A stretch of DNA of 64,000 nt from Bdellovibrionota bacterium FG-1. GTDB lineage: Bacteria > Bdellovibrionota > UBA1018. The notes beneath the pieces were generated by a model that saw nothing but the letters and a program-made list of their open reading frames with translations, ran no database searches and had not been told where the DNA came from. Location: the NCBI GenBank assembly GCA_051382295.1, contig JBBCAW010000003.1, positions 63,351 through 127,350 on the forward strand. The letters run 5' to 3'. Positions 9,127 through 20,316 of the stretch are shown piece after piece. The position numbers and the translations under genes are program-made. How positions within the stretch are numbered: the first letter of the stretch is position 1; each line of letters begins with the position of its first letter.

Positions 9127-10278
9127 TCACCCCAGCCCTTGCTTCAGGTCCTCAATTAAATCCTGCACGTCTTCAATGCCGCAACTCACGCGAATGAGGT
9201 TGTCGTGAATGCCCAGTTCTCGGCGGGTTTCGGCAGGAATGCTTGCATGGGTCATAATCGCGGGATGTTCGATGAGGGATTCCACTCCGCCGAGGCTTTC
9301 GGCGAGAGTGAAGATCTTGACCCTTTCGAGAAAGGTCCGTGCCTCAGCAAGGCCGCCCTTCATAAAAAAAGTGATCATGCCGCCAAAGCCCGACATTTGT
9401 TTTTTGGCGAGCGCATGTTGCGGGTGGGATTCGAGTCCAGGGTAGACGACGCGCTCGATCTTCGGATGCTTTTCAAGATAATGCGCAATTTCCATCGCGT
9501 TTTTCGCGTGTCGATCCATCCGGACATGTAAGGTTTTGAGCCCGCGCATCACCAAAAAACAATCCTGCGGCCCTGGAACCGCACCGATCGCGTTCTGGAT
9601 GAACTTGAGTTGTTCGTAAAGATCTGGACGACTCGTGGCCAAAACTCCGCCCACCACATCACTATGCCCATTCATGTATTTCGTTACACTGTGAACCACA
9701 ATGTCCGCGCCGAGATTGAGCGGCTTTTGAAAATAGCTGCTCATGAAAGTATTATCGACCACCGAAACCGCCCCTTTGCGTTTGGCGAGCGCGGTGAGGG
9801 CTTGAATGTCGAGGACCTTGAGCATTGGATTTGTGGGGGTTTCCATCCAAAAAAGGCGCGTATTGGGGCGAAACGCCGCTTCCGTTTTAGCTAAGTCCGA
9901 GCAGTCGACAAAGCTGAACTGGATTCCCATTTTCGTGAATACTTTGTCGAAAATACGAAAAGTCCCACCGTAAACATCGTCACAACAAACAACGTGATCC
10001 CCGCTCTTCAGTAGATGCAAAATCGCATCCGAGGTGGCAAGACCCGACGAAAAAGCCAAAGCATGCTTCGCGTTTTCAAGGGCCGCGACACAGGCCTGAT
10101 AGGCCGTGCGGGTCGGATTGTCCGTGCGCGAGTACTCATAACCGCGGTGTTTTCCGGGAGATTCTTGCGCATAGGTGCTGGTTTGATAAATCGGGGTCAT
10201 CACCGCGCCCGTTTGAGGGTCGGGGTGTTGACCTGCGTGGATAGCGAGCGTGCCAAAACCGTGTTTTTGCTCAGTCAT
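9127..10278 (-). CDS. Cystathionine gamma-lyase/gamma-synthase (PLP)
   Basis: YEYSR..NPT, ETPTNP, DNTF, HSVTKY..GHSD, LAESLGGVESL. Confidence 0.95.
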   Translation of the reverse strand: MTEQKHGFGTLAIHAGQHPDPQTGAVMTPIYQTSTYAQESPGKHRGYEYSRTDNPTRTAYQACVAALENAKHALAFSSGLATSDAILHLLKSGDHVVCCDDVYGGTFRIFDKVFTKMGIQFSFVDCSDLAKTEAAFRPNTRLFWMETPTNPMLKVLDIQALTALAKRKGAVSVVDNTFMSSYFQKPLNLGADIVVHSVTKYMNGHSDVVGGVLATSRPDLYEQLKFIQNAIGAVPGPQDCFLVMRGLKTLHVRMDRHAKNAMEIAHYLEKHPKIERVVYPGLESHPQHALAKKQMSGFGGMITFFMKGGLAEARTFLERVKIFTLAESLGGVESLIEHPAIMTHASIPAETRRELGIHDNLIRVSCGIEDVQDLIEDLKQGLG

Positions 10279-10281
10279 GAG

Positions 10282-11697
10282 TTAGGTCCTATGTCCGAAG
10301 TAATTCAAGAGATCGATTTTGGTGATGATACCCAGGATTTTTCCGTGCTGATGGGGATCGTTGACCAGTGGCATCTTGCCTGAGGTCACCAACCTGGACA
10401 CTTTTTCGATCGGGTCGTCTGGGGTGACAAACTCCACCGATGAATCCACGAGAGATTCGATCGTTTCCGTGGGTTTGGTTCGTCCCTGGTAAAGGGCGTT
10501 CAGGATTGCACCCTCCGTGGCCACGCCTTTGATCCAACCCGCAGAATCGGCAACAGGGACTTGGCTGATTCCCTTGGAACTCATCAGTTCGATCACCGCA
10601 GAGACTTTGTCGGTTTGCTTGGCCATAATGACAGGCTTTGTCCCGTCGGGGTGCATGGCGCGAAGCAGGTCGCCTACCGTTCCCATGGATGGCTTGTCGA
10701 GGAAGCCGGCTTCTCGCATCCAGTCATCATTGAAGACTTTGGACATGTAACGATTGCCACTGTCCGGAAGGACGATGAGGATGTTTTTGCCTTTAATCTT
10801 GTCGCCTTGCTCTTTCGCCCACTTGAGGGCGCCCACCACGGCGGAGCCCGAAGAAATCCCGCAATACAGGCCTTCTTTTGTGAGTAACTCGCGCGTCATC
10901 AAAAAAGATTCTTTGTCTTCGACACGGGCGATGTCGTCTAAGACGGAAAAGTCGTAATTTTTGGGAATGAAGTCTTCGCCAATGCCTTCAATTTTATAGG
11001 TCTTAGGCAAGGACTGCATTTTTCCGGTTTTGAAGTAATCGAAAACAATTGAACCCACCGGGTCGATGGCGACGACCTGGACGGAGGGCTTTTTTTCTTT
11101 GAGGTATTTGCCTACGCCACAAACGGTACCGCCGGTTCCAATTCCAGCAATAAAGGCATCAATTTCGGGCATCTGCTCTAAAATTTCAGGGCCGGTCGTG
11201 CGGTAATGGCATTCGCGGTTCGACAGATTGTCGTATTGATTCATGTACATGGCATTGGGTGTTTCTCGCGCCAGACGGCGTGACACTTGATAATAACTGC
11301 GCGGATCATCGGCCTCAACCGCCGTAGGGGTAACCACCACCTTGGCTCCGAAGGCACGGAGGTTCTGAATTTTTTCGTTCGACATTTTATCGGGCAGCAC
11401 AAAAATACAGCGGTAACCCTTAATTGCCGCCGCAATAGCGAGACCGACTCCCGTGTTGCCGCTGGTCCCTTCGACAATCGTACCGCCTGGTTTAAGTGTG
11501 CCGTTTTTTTCAGCGTCATCAATCATCCACCAGCCGATTCGATCTTTGATCGAGCCTCCCGGATTCATGAATTCGAGTTTGGCGTAAAAATTAGCCTGGA
11601 GTCCTTGCGTCACTCGGTTGAGTTTGACGATAGGGGTGTTGCCAATCGCTTGAATGACATTTTCTTTGAGCAGAGAAGTAGTTTTTGCCGACATCAT
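10282..11697 (-). CDS. cbs: Cystathionine beta-synthase with C-terminal CBS domains
   Basis: KLEFMNPGGSIKDR, TSGNTG, GTGGT, C-terminal CBS pair; operon with the lyase. Confidence 0.9.
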   Translation of the reverse strand: MMSAKTTSLLKENVIQAIGNTPIVKLNRVTQGLQANFYAKLEFMNPGGSIKDRIGWWMIDDAEKNGTLKPGGTIVEGTSGNTGVGLAIAAAIKGYRCIFVLPDKMSNEKIQNLRAFGAKVVVTPTAVEADDPRSYYQVSRRLARETPNAMYMNQYDNLSNRECHYRTTGPEILEQMPEIDAFIAGIGTGGTVCGVGKYLKEKKPSVQVVAIDPVGSIVFDYFKTGKMQSLPKTYKIEGIGEDFIPKNYDFSVLDDIARVEDKESFLMTRELLTKEGLYCGISSGSAVVGALKWAKEQGDKIKGKNILIVLPDSGNRYMSKVFNDDWMREAGFLDKPSMGTVGDLLRAMHPDGTKPVIMAKQTDKVSAVIELMSSKGISQVPVADSAGWIKGVATEGAILNALYQGRTKPTETIESLVDSSVEFVTPDDPIEKVSRLVTSGKMPLVNDPHQHGKILGIITKIDLLNYFGHRT

Positions 11698-11747
11698 TTC
11701 TTAGTAACATCGAATTTCCGCAGGCTGAAACCGTTATTTTCGTTGGG

Positions 11748-12635
11748 CTACCATTTTACGCGCTGATCTTCTGACACGCCTGGTAAATTCTGGATCCGGA
11801 TTTCTGGGTTAGGAAGAGAGGGATGTCGAATAGTACCGCTGAAAATGCCGGTCAGCTGAGCAAAACGGCTACTGGCAACGATGAGATCACGGTCTTCGCG
11901 ATGGATGCTCTTGGGGGTAAAGGTGAGGTTCAGTGATCGATCCTGAGTTTTGATTTTCCAGGCTGCAGTCGGCGAATTTCGCGCAAAATGAAAACTGACC
12001 GGGCTAAGCGGATACAGCTGTCCTCCCAACCAAAGCGTGTTTTCACGACTCTCGCCGAGGTGATTTCCTTCGGCCAGATTGAAAGCAATAAATCCGTGCT
12101 CCGCGGTGTTACCGAGGGCAAAGCTCCAGCGCCAATCGGTTACTTTTGGAAGGTGGCCCGAAGTGAAGTCCATTCCTGCGAGCGCCGAGTGGAGGGGATA
12201 GGTTTGGCCGTGGCAAAGGATCGTGCCTTCAACTCGAAGCGGAGAGGTTTTTTGGGTCAAAGTAAGGGTGTTTGTCTCTGGTCTTGCCGCGACACAAACA
12301 GAACGCGTTTGCGGGTCTTCGAAAAGCTGGGCCTTGATTTTCAGGTCTGGGCTTTCAAGGAGATAGTCGAAATGATCGGAGGTTTCGGATCGACTGAGTT
12401 CGATGTTGAGGGAGTGGCGTCGAAACCAGGCGTGCGCACCTTGAGTGGGGCGTGAGTTGATTTGAACCATCCAACGTGAAACACCTAGACAAGAACCATC
12501 CGCGAGAACTTTGCCGGTTTTTAGGTTGGCGAGGTGGTAAAAAGCAGTACCCGCAAGGCCCGTATCGACAATGGCCGAGGAAAAAAACAGGTCGCCCGCC
12601 GAAATACAAAGGTATTGCCAACGTTTTTCAAACAT
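11748..12635 (-). CDS. DUF2804-family protein
   Basis: KRWQY, D...G......WRW, ENTLW, S.F.Q..G.FSG, G..EDQ...W terminus. Confidence 0.7.
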   Translation of the reverse strand: MFEKRWQYLCISAGDLFFSSAIVDTGLAGTAFYHLANLKTGKVLADGSCLGVSRWMVQINSRPTQGAHAWFRRHSLNIELSRSETSDHFDYLLESPDLKIKAQLFEDPQTRSVCVAARPETNTLTLTQKTSPLRVEGTILCHGQTYPLHSALAGMDFTSGHLPKVTDWRWSFALGNTAEHGFIAFNLAEGNHLGESRENTLWLGGQLYPLSPVSFHFARNSPTAAWKIKTQDRSLNLTFTPKSIHREDRDLIVASSRFAQLTGIFSGTIRHPSLPNPEIRIQNLPGVSEDQRVKW

Positions 12636-12647
12636 CGTGAATGCGCC

Positions 12648-13805
12648 TCAATGAGGCACAAATACCATAGTCTGATAACCCCGGCGATCGAGTTCATCCA
12701 AAAATTTTGGGAGCACAATGGTGGTTTGTTCTTGAATGTCATGGAACAAGATAATGCCTCCTTTTTCGCGGTTGAGCTCATGGAGCACGTTTTGGTAGAG
12801 TTCCACTGGATTGCGAAGTTTCCAATCGCTTGAGTCCATATTCCAAAGGAAATTCGTGATGTTTTGGGTCTTGAGGTAATCCACTAAGGCGTGGGATTTG
12901 CCACCGAATGGAAAGCGAAAAAAGGGAATAGAAACTCCGGAGGCGTCTTCGACCGCTTTTTTGCCCTTCTGGATGTTGGCCTCGGCATCCGGAAGCACCA
13001 TTTGGGCGAGGTTGGGATGATCCCAGCTATGCGATCCCACAATATGGCCTTCGGCGACTTCTTGGGCGGAGAGTTGCGGGAATTTTTTGGCCATTTGGCC
13101 TACTGAAAAAAAGGTCACACGAACGCCGTGGTCTTTGAGTGCCTGCAAAATCTTTGCAGTGCGGGTGGGATGAGGGCCGTCATCAATGGTGATCGCGACT
13201 TGCCCTTCTTTGAGATATCCTTCGCTGCGCAGACCGTAGAGCGTTTCGCCTTTGCTGGTGTCGACATGGATTTCGTCAGTCGGAGGGTGGGGCTTAAGGG
13301 CGAGATCTGGGGTGCCGTCAGGAAGTTGGGGACGGAGGCTGGTCATCTCTTGGAGTGCGAGATGGTTAGAAAGTTGGATCTTGCCCACCCGCCAAAAGGC
13401 CTGAATTTGGGCGGAGAGGGGCCGCGCGCAAGGCATGAGTTTGGCGTTTTCGGGCCGACTGAGTTCATCTTCGAAAAGGGCAACGTCCGAGTCTCCGAGG
13501 GAGGTGAGCGCCCGACAAAGGGCTTGCCAGGCGATCGGAGAGTTTTGATCGCGTACATTGGTAAAGACGTCTTCGGGGGTGTTGCCGCTGAGATGCCAAT
13601 CTTTATAATGTCTCGCTTTGGCATTCGTAGCGATGGACTGTAAAACGTCCGATCGGATCTGGGTATCATAGCCGGTGATGCCTTGTGGCTGATCGACCGC
13701 GTTTTTGGCGATGCCGGTTTGGGCACCGATACCCGCCACGGTGCCAAGAAGGAGAAGGGAGGTGACGATTTTAGAACCCTGAGATTGGTTTTTTGGCTTA
13801 CGCAT
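12648..13805 (-). CDS. Exported CE4 polysaccharide/peptidoglycan deacetylase
   Basis: TIDDGP, HSWDH, FRFPFG, WNMDSSDW, ILFHD; N-terminal signal. Confidence 0.9.
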   Translation of the reverse strand: MRKPKNQSQGSKIVTSLLLLGTVAGIGAQTGIAKNAVDQPQGITGYDTQIRSDVLQSIATNAKARHYKDWHLSGNTPEDVFTNVRDQNSPIAWQALCRALTSLGDSDVALFEDELSRPENAKLMPCARPLSAQIQAFWRVGKIQLSNHLALQEMTSLRPQLPDGTPDLALKPHPPTDEIHVDTSKGETLYGLRSEGYLKEGQVAITIDDGPHPTRTAKILQALKDHGVRVTFFSVGQMAKKFPQLSAQEVAEGHIVGSHSWDHPNLAQMVLPDAEANIQKGKKAVEDASGVSIPFFRFPFGGKSHALVDYLKTQNITNFLWNMDSSDWKLRNPVELYQNVLHELNREKGGIILFHDIQEQTTIVLPKFLDELDRRGYQTMVFVPH

Positions 13806-13980
13806 AGTGGGCGAATATTATATTACTAAACTTAAAGTGTCAAGTATTTGGAAAGGTTATATAAATCAGTCACTTAGTGTTTATCCACGGGCCGGGTGGG
13901 CAAATTGTCAAATGATCACTAGAAAGTTGAACAGAATCAAGCTATCAATGTTCGGTCCAAACAAAAAATAGGTACTTCCC

Positions 13981-14571
13981 ATGCTTTACATCTCTGAGCC
14001 GCAAAAGAAGTTGGGCATTGTTCTGTCTGTCATCGTCGCGGTGATAGCGATGGCTGGCCTTTCTACCTACTATCCAAGCGCATCGAACCAGGGCTATTCA
14101 CCCGAACAGCCGATGCCTTTCAGTCATAAAATTCACGCTGGAGTGAATAAAATTCCATGCTTGTATTGTCATTCTGGGGCTGAGAAATCCAAACACGCCT
14201 TAATCCCGTCGATGAATGTCTGTATGAATTGCCATACGGTTGTTAAGACTGACAGTCCATGGGTTCGGGAGATCCAAAAGCATTATAAGGACGGAACGCC
14301 CATTGAATGGGTACGTGTTCATGAGTTACCAGATTATGTTTATTTTCCGCACAAACGGCACGTTGCACGAGGCGTCGCTTGCGAGGTTTGTCACGGACCT
14401 GTTCAAGACATGGATCAGGTCTATCAAGCCTCTGCGTTAACCATGGGATGGTGTATGGAATGTCACCGCGGTCAAACGACGCCCAAGCAAGTTTTGCAGA
14501 ATATTTATCCTTTAATGATGGAACCGCAAGGACCGGTGGCGCCAGTCAATTGCAACACCTGTCACAATTAA
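13981..14571 (+). CDS. actA: Alternative complex III pentahaem cytochrome subunit
   Basis: N-terminal TM, P.QP..FSHK.HAG, five CxxCH motifs. Confidence 0.9.
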   Translation: MLYISEPQKKLGIVLSVIVAVIAMAGLSTYYPSASNQGYSPEQPMPFSHKIHAGVNKIPCLYCHSGAEKSKHALIPSMNVCMNCHTVVKTDSPWVREIQKHYKDGTPIEWVRVHELPDYVYFPHKRHVARGVACEVCHGPVQDMDQVYQASALTMGWCMECHRGQTTPKQVLQNIYPLMMEPQGPVAPVNCNTCHN

Positions 14572-14608
14572 TTCACAGCCAAAAGTCAAACGTACGGTGA
14601 GAGAACTC

Positions 14609-17600
14609 ATGGATCTATCTTTGCCTGATTCAAATCAAAAGAACCAAAATCTCGAAACGCAGGATTTTATTCCCCCGCGGCACTGGATCGGTCCCGAACA
14701 GCTCGATCCTAGTTATTGGGCGGATGCTAAAACGCAGGAAAAACGAGGACAGGAATTTTTTGAAAAGCCCGTTGAGCTGATTGAAACACTGGATCGTCTC
14801 GATCAGGGCGGTATTGCAAGGCGGGATTTTTTAACCGTCATGGGTGCCAGTATGGCTTTGGCATCGACGGCTTGCGCTCGTCGTCCTGTACATAAGATCA
14901 TTCCCTATGTCGTTAAGCCCGAGGAAATTACCCCGGGTGTGGCCAATCACTATGCGACCACTTGTCAAGAATGTTCAGTGGGCTGCGGCATAGTTGCCAA
15001 GAATCGCGAGGGTCGACCCATTAAGCTCGAAGGCAATACCGAGCACCCTGTGAATGAGGGCGCTCTTTGTGCCCGCGGTCAGGCCTCGCTTTTGAATCTT
15101 TACGATCCCGATCGCCTTCGTAATCCTCTTCGGCGCTCGAGGCTGGCTCCTCTTTCGAATCAAGAAATCTCTTGGGCGGATGCGGATAAAAACGTGGTGA
15201 GTAAGCTCAAGGCTGTCGTCGCAAGTGGCGGACGAGTGCGGATCCTTTCGGGGCCGATTCAGAGCGAGTCCACGCATCGGTTGATTCGTGATTTTCTGTC
15301 GGGTTTTCGCTCGGGCGAGTTAGTCGAGTGGGAGCCGCTAGCCCAGGACGATATCGTGGAGGCTCAAGAAATTTCTTACGGGACGACCGTTCTTCCTCAT
15401 TATCGTTTCGATCAAGCTCAATTGGTTGTTTCTTTTGGGGCTGATTTTTTGGGAACTTGGGGCTCTCCGGTTGAACACGCTCGTGCGTGGCGGAAGACGC
15501 GCAAGTTGGACGTCAAAGCGGGCGTTCATCAAAAATTTAGCAAGTTAGTGGTTTTTGAGCCGACCTTCACGATCACGGGCGGAGCCGCTGACCAGCGGAT
15601 TGCGATTCGGCCGGGTGATGAGCTGAAGCTCGCCCTCGCGCTTGCTCATGAACTCGTGATTGTACAGAAGCGTTCGGCATGGGCCGGAGACGCTGCGGTG
15701 ATGTCATTACTTTCTGGCTATCAGCCCGCTGTTGTGGCCCATGAAGTAGGAGTGGATGTTCATGTTCTTCAGGCATTGGCTGAGGACCTCTGGAAAAATC
15801 GCGCAAAAAGCCTAGTGGTGGGGGGCGGGATTGCTTCTCGAACCGCAGGCGTATTAGGTCTCCACGTAGCGGTTAACTTGTTGAACTCAGTTCTTGAAAA
15901 CGAAGGCGTCACGGTGGATGGGACGGCACGAAGCTCGACCTATCGTGCGAATTTTGCGGCGTTTAATAAGCTGATTCAGGAAATGAAAAGTGGAGCGGTC
16001 GATGTTTTGATCGTTTACCGCAGCAATCCTGCGTTTACTTTGCCTCGCGGCGCGATGGGATTGGGTGAAGCCTTCGCCCGAGTGCCGTTGGTGATTTCGA
16101 TTTCGGATCGTGAAGACGAGACGGCGATGTTATCGGATTGGGTCCTTCCAGATCATCATTATCTAGAAAACTGGGGTGATTCTCATCCGCGTAATGGGGT
16201 TTATAGTCTACAGCAGCCGGTGATTGCGCCCCTTTATTCAACCCGATCTTTTCAGGACTCGTTGATGGTCTGGGCTAAAGGAGCGGGACTAAAAGTCAGC
16301 GCACTATTCATGACTTCGACGGATTGGCATGGCTACCTCATGGGCAATTGGCGTGAAACCCTTTATCGTCAAAGTGGCAGCAAGGCGACGTTTGAGCGGT
16401 TTTGGGAAGGTTCGCTTCGTGTCGGCGTGTTGAATCTGTCTCACGGTAGCCATTCTAGTCCACGTAGCTTTAGAGGGAACTCGCTTGGGCAGCTTCCTCG
16501 CTACCAGGCACAAAATGCTCCGGAAGGGCAATTCTTTTTGTCCCTCTATCCTAAAGTTTCGATGAGTGACGGCCGGAGCGCAAATAATGCGTGGCTGCAA
16601 GAAATGCCAGATCCGGTGTCGGCCATTACCTGGGATAATTATCTGAACGTTTCTCCAGAGCTGGGCAAAAAAGTCGGTTTGAAAGAAGATGACGTCGTTG
16701 AGGTGAGTTCGGCGGATGTGAAAGTTCAGCTCCCGGTCCATATTCAGCCGGGGATGCATCCTTTCGTGGTGAGTGTCGCTATTGGTTATGGCCGTCGGGC
16801 GGCGGGCAAAGTGGGGAATGAAGCCGGCGTGGACGTGATTCCGTTTGCGCGTGTTGAAGGGAGTCGGTTGGCCTTTTCGGGGCATCATGTGAGTCTGCGT
16901 AAGACCGCGCGGATGTATCGATTAGCCTCGACGCAATGGCATACCGCCACCGAAAATCGGCCGATCATCAACGATATTACGCTTTCTGAGTTTATCAAAA
17001 ACCCGGGCGAATCCAATGAAACGGATCCCGAGTTGCGAATGAAGACAGTTCCAAGCATTTGGCCTTCCCATGAGTACAAGGGGCATCGCTGGGGTATGGC
17101 GATCGACCTGACCGCTTGCAACGGTTGTGGTGCTTGCGTGATTGGTTGCCAGGCTGAAAACAATATTCCGGTGGTGGGACGCGAGCAGGTGCGGAATAGC
17201 CGGCAAATGCACTGGATTCGCATCGATCGTTATTACTCGGGCCCGGCAGATAAGCCCGAGATTGTTTTTCAACCGATGCTTTGTCAGCAATGTGAAAACG
17301 CTCCCTGTGAAACGGTTTGCCCGGTTTTGGCGACGGTCCATGACGACGAAGGCCTAAATGTTCAGGTGTATAATCGTTGCGTGGGAACTCGTTATTGCCA
17401 AAATAATTGTCCTTATAAGGTTCGTCGTTTTAACTTCTTTGATCATTGGAAGTCTTACGAGGGCGCGATGAACATGGTTTGGAATCCCGACGTGACGGTG
17501 CGTTCCCGGGGAATCATGGAAAAATGTACTTTCTGTGTTCAGCGTATTCGCGACGGCAAGGATAAAGCTAAGGATGCCGGCGAGAAGGTTTCGGACGGGA

Positions 17601-17794
17601 TGGTTTTAACGGCTTGCCAGCAGACTTGTCCGGCTCAAGCCATCGTGTTTGGTGATTTGAATGATCCCACTAGCCGCGTATCTCAGTTACGGAAGGATCC
17701 GCGAGCTTACCGTGTTCTTGAGACCTTGAATACGAAGCCGATGGTTTCGTACATGACTAAGGTTCGCAATAAAGAAGGTGAACAGCATGGCTAG
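14609..17794 (+). CDS. actB: Alternative complex III molybdopterin-like/Fe-S subunit
   Basis: Tat-like RRDFL..MGAS, REGRPIK.EGN..HP, C-terminal Fe-S motifs (CNGCGAC, CQQC..APC, CVGTRYC, EKCTFC). Confidence 0.95.
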   Translation: MDLSLPDSNQKNQNLETQDFIPPRHWIGPEQLDPSYWADAKTQEKRGQEFFEKPVELIETLDRLDQGGIARRDFLTVMGASMALASTACARRPVHKIIPYVVKPEEITPGVANHYATTCQECSVGCGIVAKNREGRPIKLEGNTEHPVNEGALCARGQASLLNLYDPDRLRNPLRRSRLAPLSNQEISWADADKNVVSKLKAVVASGGRVRILSGPIQSESTHRLIRDFLSGFRSGELVEWEPLAQDDIVEAQEISYGTTVLPHYRFDQAQLVVSFGADFLGTWGSPVEHARAWRKTRKLDVKAGVHQKFSKLVVFEPTFTITGGAADQRIAIRPGDELKLALALAHELVIVQKRSAWAGDAAVMSLLSGYQPAVVAHEVGVDVHVLQALAEDLWKNRAKSLVVGGGIASRTAGVLGLHVAVNLLNSVLENEGVTVDGTARSSTYRANFAAFNKLIQEMKSGAVDVLIVYRSNPAFTLPRGAMGLGEAFARVPLVISISDREDETAMLSDWVLPDHHYLENWGDSHPRNGVYSLQQPVIAPLYSTRSFQDSLMVWAKGAGLKVSALFMTSTDWHGYLMGNWRETLYRQSGSKATFERFWEGSLRVGVLNLSHGSHSSPRSFRGNSLGQLPRYQAQNAPEGQFFLSLYPKVSMSDGRSANNAWLQEMPDPVSAITWDNYLNVSPELGKKVGLKEDDVVEVSSADVKVQLPVHIQPGMHPFVVSVAIGYGRRAAGKVGNEAGVDVIPFARVEGSRLAFSGHHVSLRKTARMYRLASTQWHTATENRPIINDITLSEFIKNPGESNETDPELRMKTVPSIWPSHEYKGHRWGMAIDLTACNGCGACVIGCQAENNIPVVGREQVRNSRQMHWIRIDRYYSGPADKPEIVFQPMLCQQCENAPCETVCPVLATVHDDEGLNVQVYNRCVGTRYCQNNCPYKVRRFNFFDHWKSYEGAMNMVWNPDVTVRSRGIMEKCTFCVQRIRDGKDKAKDAGEKVSDGMVLTACQQTCPAQAIVFGDLNDPTSRVSQLRKDPRAYRVLETLNTKPMVSYMTKVRNKEGEQHG

Positions 17795-19181
17795 TACTGC
17801 AGCAGTCATGGGAAATACCCCCGAGATCCTGGTTACCGGTGGAAAAACAGCCGTCGACGTGAACGATGACGTCGCTCATCCGGTTGAACATTTTCCGACC
17901 GATCGTTGGTGGGCCTGTATGGGGGTGGCGCTCTTTGCCCTGAGCATTTGGGCTTTTTCGGTTGGGTCGTTTGTGCTCAATGGTCAAGGGCTTTTGGGAC
18001 TCCAGCAGCCCAATGGGTGGGGCACGGATATCACGAACTTCGTGTTCTGGGTGGGGATCGGTCATGCTGGTACGTTAATTTCAGCGATTCTGTTCTTATT
18101 TCGCCAAAAATGGCGTACGGCCATTAACCGGTCTGCTGAAGCCATGACGATTTTTGCGGTGATCACGGCCTTGTCTTTTCCTTTGCTTCATACGGGCCGC
18201 CCTTGGTACGCGGCTTTTTGGCTTTTACCTTTGCCCAATCAACGGCATCTTTGGGTGAATTTTCGATCCCCTCTGGTGTGGGACGTTTTTGCCGTTTCGA
18301 CCTATTTTACGGTATCGTCCGTTTTTTGGTTTGTAGGTTTGATCCCAGACGTAGCGGCGATTCGTGATCGGGCAAAGAGCCCAATCCGAAAACTGATTTA
18401 CACGATTCTTTCTTTGGGTTGGCGTGGGTCGAATAGGGGCTGGAGCCATTACGAAATGGCTTACATGATCCTCGCGGGTCTTTCGACGCCCCTCGTCCTT
18501 TCCGTGCATACCATTGTGTCCTTTGACTTTGCGGTCGCTCAGGTGCCGGGGTGGCATACGACCATTTTTCCGCCTTACTTTGTAGCGGGCGCAATTTTTT
18601 CGGGTTTTGCAATGGTGTTGACGCTCTTGGTGATTATGCGTGAAGTGTTTAACTTTAAGCATTACATCACGATGAATCACCTTGAAAAGATGTGTAAAAT
18701 CATCATGGCGACCGGCATGATGGTCGGTTATGCTTATGCCTGCGAGTTTTTCATCGCTTGGTATAGCGGGGGAGCCTACGAGCGGTTTGTGTTTGTGAAT
18801 CGGGCTTTTGGTCCTTACTGGTGGGCTTATTGGATCATGGTTTCTTGCAATGTGATTTTCCCCCAGATTTTTTGGGTTCGAAAATTCCGCCGAAGCATTC
18901 CGGTGATGTTCGTGATTTCGCTGCTGGTGAATATCGGGATGTGGTTTGAACGTTATGTGATTACGGTCACGTCGCTTCATCGAGACTTTTTGCCATCGAG
19001 TTGGCGTTATTACGCCCCGACTTGGTATGACTGGGGTTGGACGTTCGGAAGTTTTGGCTTGTTTTTCAGCTTTTTTCTGCTGTTTGTTCGCTTCCTTCCG
19101 GCGATTGCCATGGCGGAAGTGAAAAACGTTTTGCCTGAAGGCAATTCTGTTGGAAAGGAGCCTGCTCATGGCCACACCTAA
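17787..19181 (+). CDS. actC: Alternative complex III NrfD-like membrane subunit
   Basis: [44 protein letters not shown]. Confidence 0.95.
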   Translation: MASTAAVMGNTPEILVTGGKTAVDVNDDVAHPVEHFPTDRWWACMGVALFALSIWAFSVGSFVLNGQGLLGLQQPNGWGTDITNFVFWVGIGHAGTLISAILFLFRQKWRTAINRSAEAMTIFAVITALSFPLLHTGRPWYAAFWLLPLPNQRHLWVNFRSPLVWDVFAVSTYFTVSSVFWFVGLIPDVAAIRDRAKSPIRKLIYTILSLGWRGSNRGWSHYEMAYMILAGLSTPLVLSVHTIVSFDFAVAQVPGWHTTIFPPYFVAGAIFSGFAMVLTLLVIMREVFNFKHYITMNHLEKMCKIIMATGMMVGYAYACEFFIAWYSGGAYERFVFVNRAFGPYWWAYWIMVSCNVIFPQIFWVRKFRRSIPVMFVISLLVNIGMWFERYVITVTSLHRDFLPSSWRYYAPTWYDWGWTFGSFGLFFSFFLLFVRFLPAIAMAEVKNVLPEGNSVGKEPAHGHT

Positions 19182-19731
19182 GTCGACTCAACCCGAGCTC
19201 TCTGGCGTGATTGGTTTTTTTGATGATCCGCACGCTTTGATCGAGGCCACTCAAAAAGTCCGAGAAGCGCGGTATGAAAAGTTTGACGCTTTTACTCCTT
19301 ATCCGGTGCATGGTTTGGATTATGCCCAAGGGTTGAAGCGTTCGCCCTTGCCATTTGTGACGCTTGGAGCGGGACTCACGGGTTTTGGTTTAGCTTTTGT
19401 CTTGCAATACTGGACTTCGGCGGTGGATTGGCCCTTGATCGTGGGGGGCAAGCCGTTTCATTCGTGGCCTGCTTTTGTGCCGATTTATTTTGAGTTGACG
19501 GTGTTGTTTGCGGCACTTTCGACCGTCGCGGCGATGTTTATTTTTAACGGTTTGCCTAATTTGAAACGCCGCATTTTTGATGCGAGCTTGACCTGCGACC
19601 GCTTTGCACTCGTGATTGAGGCCGCATCTGGTGCGGAATTTAAAGCGTTTTCGGAGTCTGAGGCAACTGAATTTTTGAAGAAGGTGGGCGCCCAGGAAGT
19701 TCGTAGCGTTTACACCGAAGGATGGTTTTGA
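19168..19731 (+). CDS. actD: Alternative complex III subunit D (DUF3341)
   Basis: [26 protein letters not shown]. Confidence 0.92.
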   Translation: MATPKSTQPELSGVIGFFDDPHALIEATQKVREARYEKFDAFTPYPVHGLDYAQGLKRSPLPFVTLGAGLTGFGLAFVLQYWTSAVDWPLIVGGKPFHSWPAFVPIYFELTVLFAALSTVAAMFIFNGLPNLKRRIFDASLTCDRFALVIEAASGAEFKAFSESEATEFLKKVGAQEVRSVYTEGWF

Positions 19732-20289
19732 ATGGCGAACCTAAAATACATGGCTTTCGTGGCTGTATGGTTGGGTTTGGCTCTAGGGCTGGCGGGCTGT
19801 AAGCATAGCCAACCGAACGTCATCTACATGCCGGATATGGTTTATTCGCCGGCGCTCAAGGCTCAGCAAGAAGGGGCGATGAGCATGCCCGTCAAAGGGA
19901 CGGTTTCTCGTGAGTTTCAGGCTTATGCTTATACGGACGTCGAGACTGCGGGACGAGAGTTGATTAATCCTTTGCCTCCGACTCCCTCAGTTTTGAGGCG
20001 TGGGCAGGCGATGTTCAACATTTATTGTATTGTTTGTCATGGTCCCCAAGGTGAGGGCGATGGGACGATCGTCCCAAAGTTTCCGCGCCCTCCTTCCTTG
20101 CAATCGGATAAAATTCGCGGTTATCCAGATGGAAGCATTTATCACGTGATGTCCATGGGCCAAAATCTGATGCCCAGCTATGCGTCCCAAGTTTCTTCGG
20201 GCGATCGATGGGCTATTATTTGGTATGTTCGTGCGTTACAGCGCGCTAAGCGCCCTACGGCGGATGACCTTAAAGCGGCTGGTCTATAA
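19732..20289 (+). CDS. actE: Alternative complex III monohaem lipoprotein
   Basis: Lipobox LAGC, YMPDM..S, CIVCH, DRWAI..YVR.LQ. Confidence 0.9.
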   Translation: MANLKYMAFVAVWLGLALGLAGCKHSQPNVIYMPDMVYSPALKAQQEGAMSMPVKGTVSREFQAYAYTDVETAGRELINPLPPTPSVLRRGQAMFNIYCIVCHGPQGEGDGTIVPKFPRPPSLQSDKIRGYPDGSIYHVMSMGQNLMPSYASQVSSGDRWAIIWYVRALQRAKRPTADDLKAAGL

Positions 20290-20316
20290 TGAAGAAGGGC
20301 TGAGGAAAGTATTCTT

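Noticed and set aside
18225..19175. 316-aa antisense ORF and similar long antisense ORFs in act, pepN and gdhA
   Set aside because: Shadow frames of well-conserved genes with no recognisable motifs
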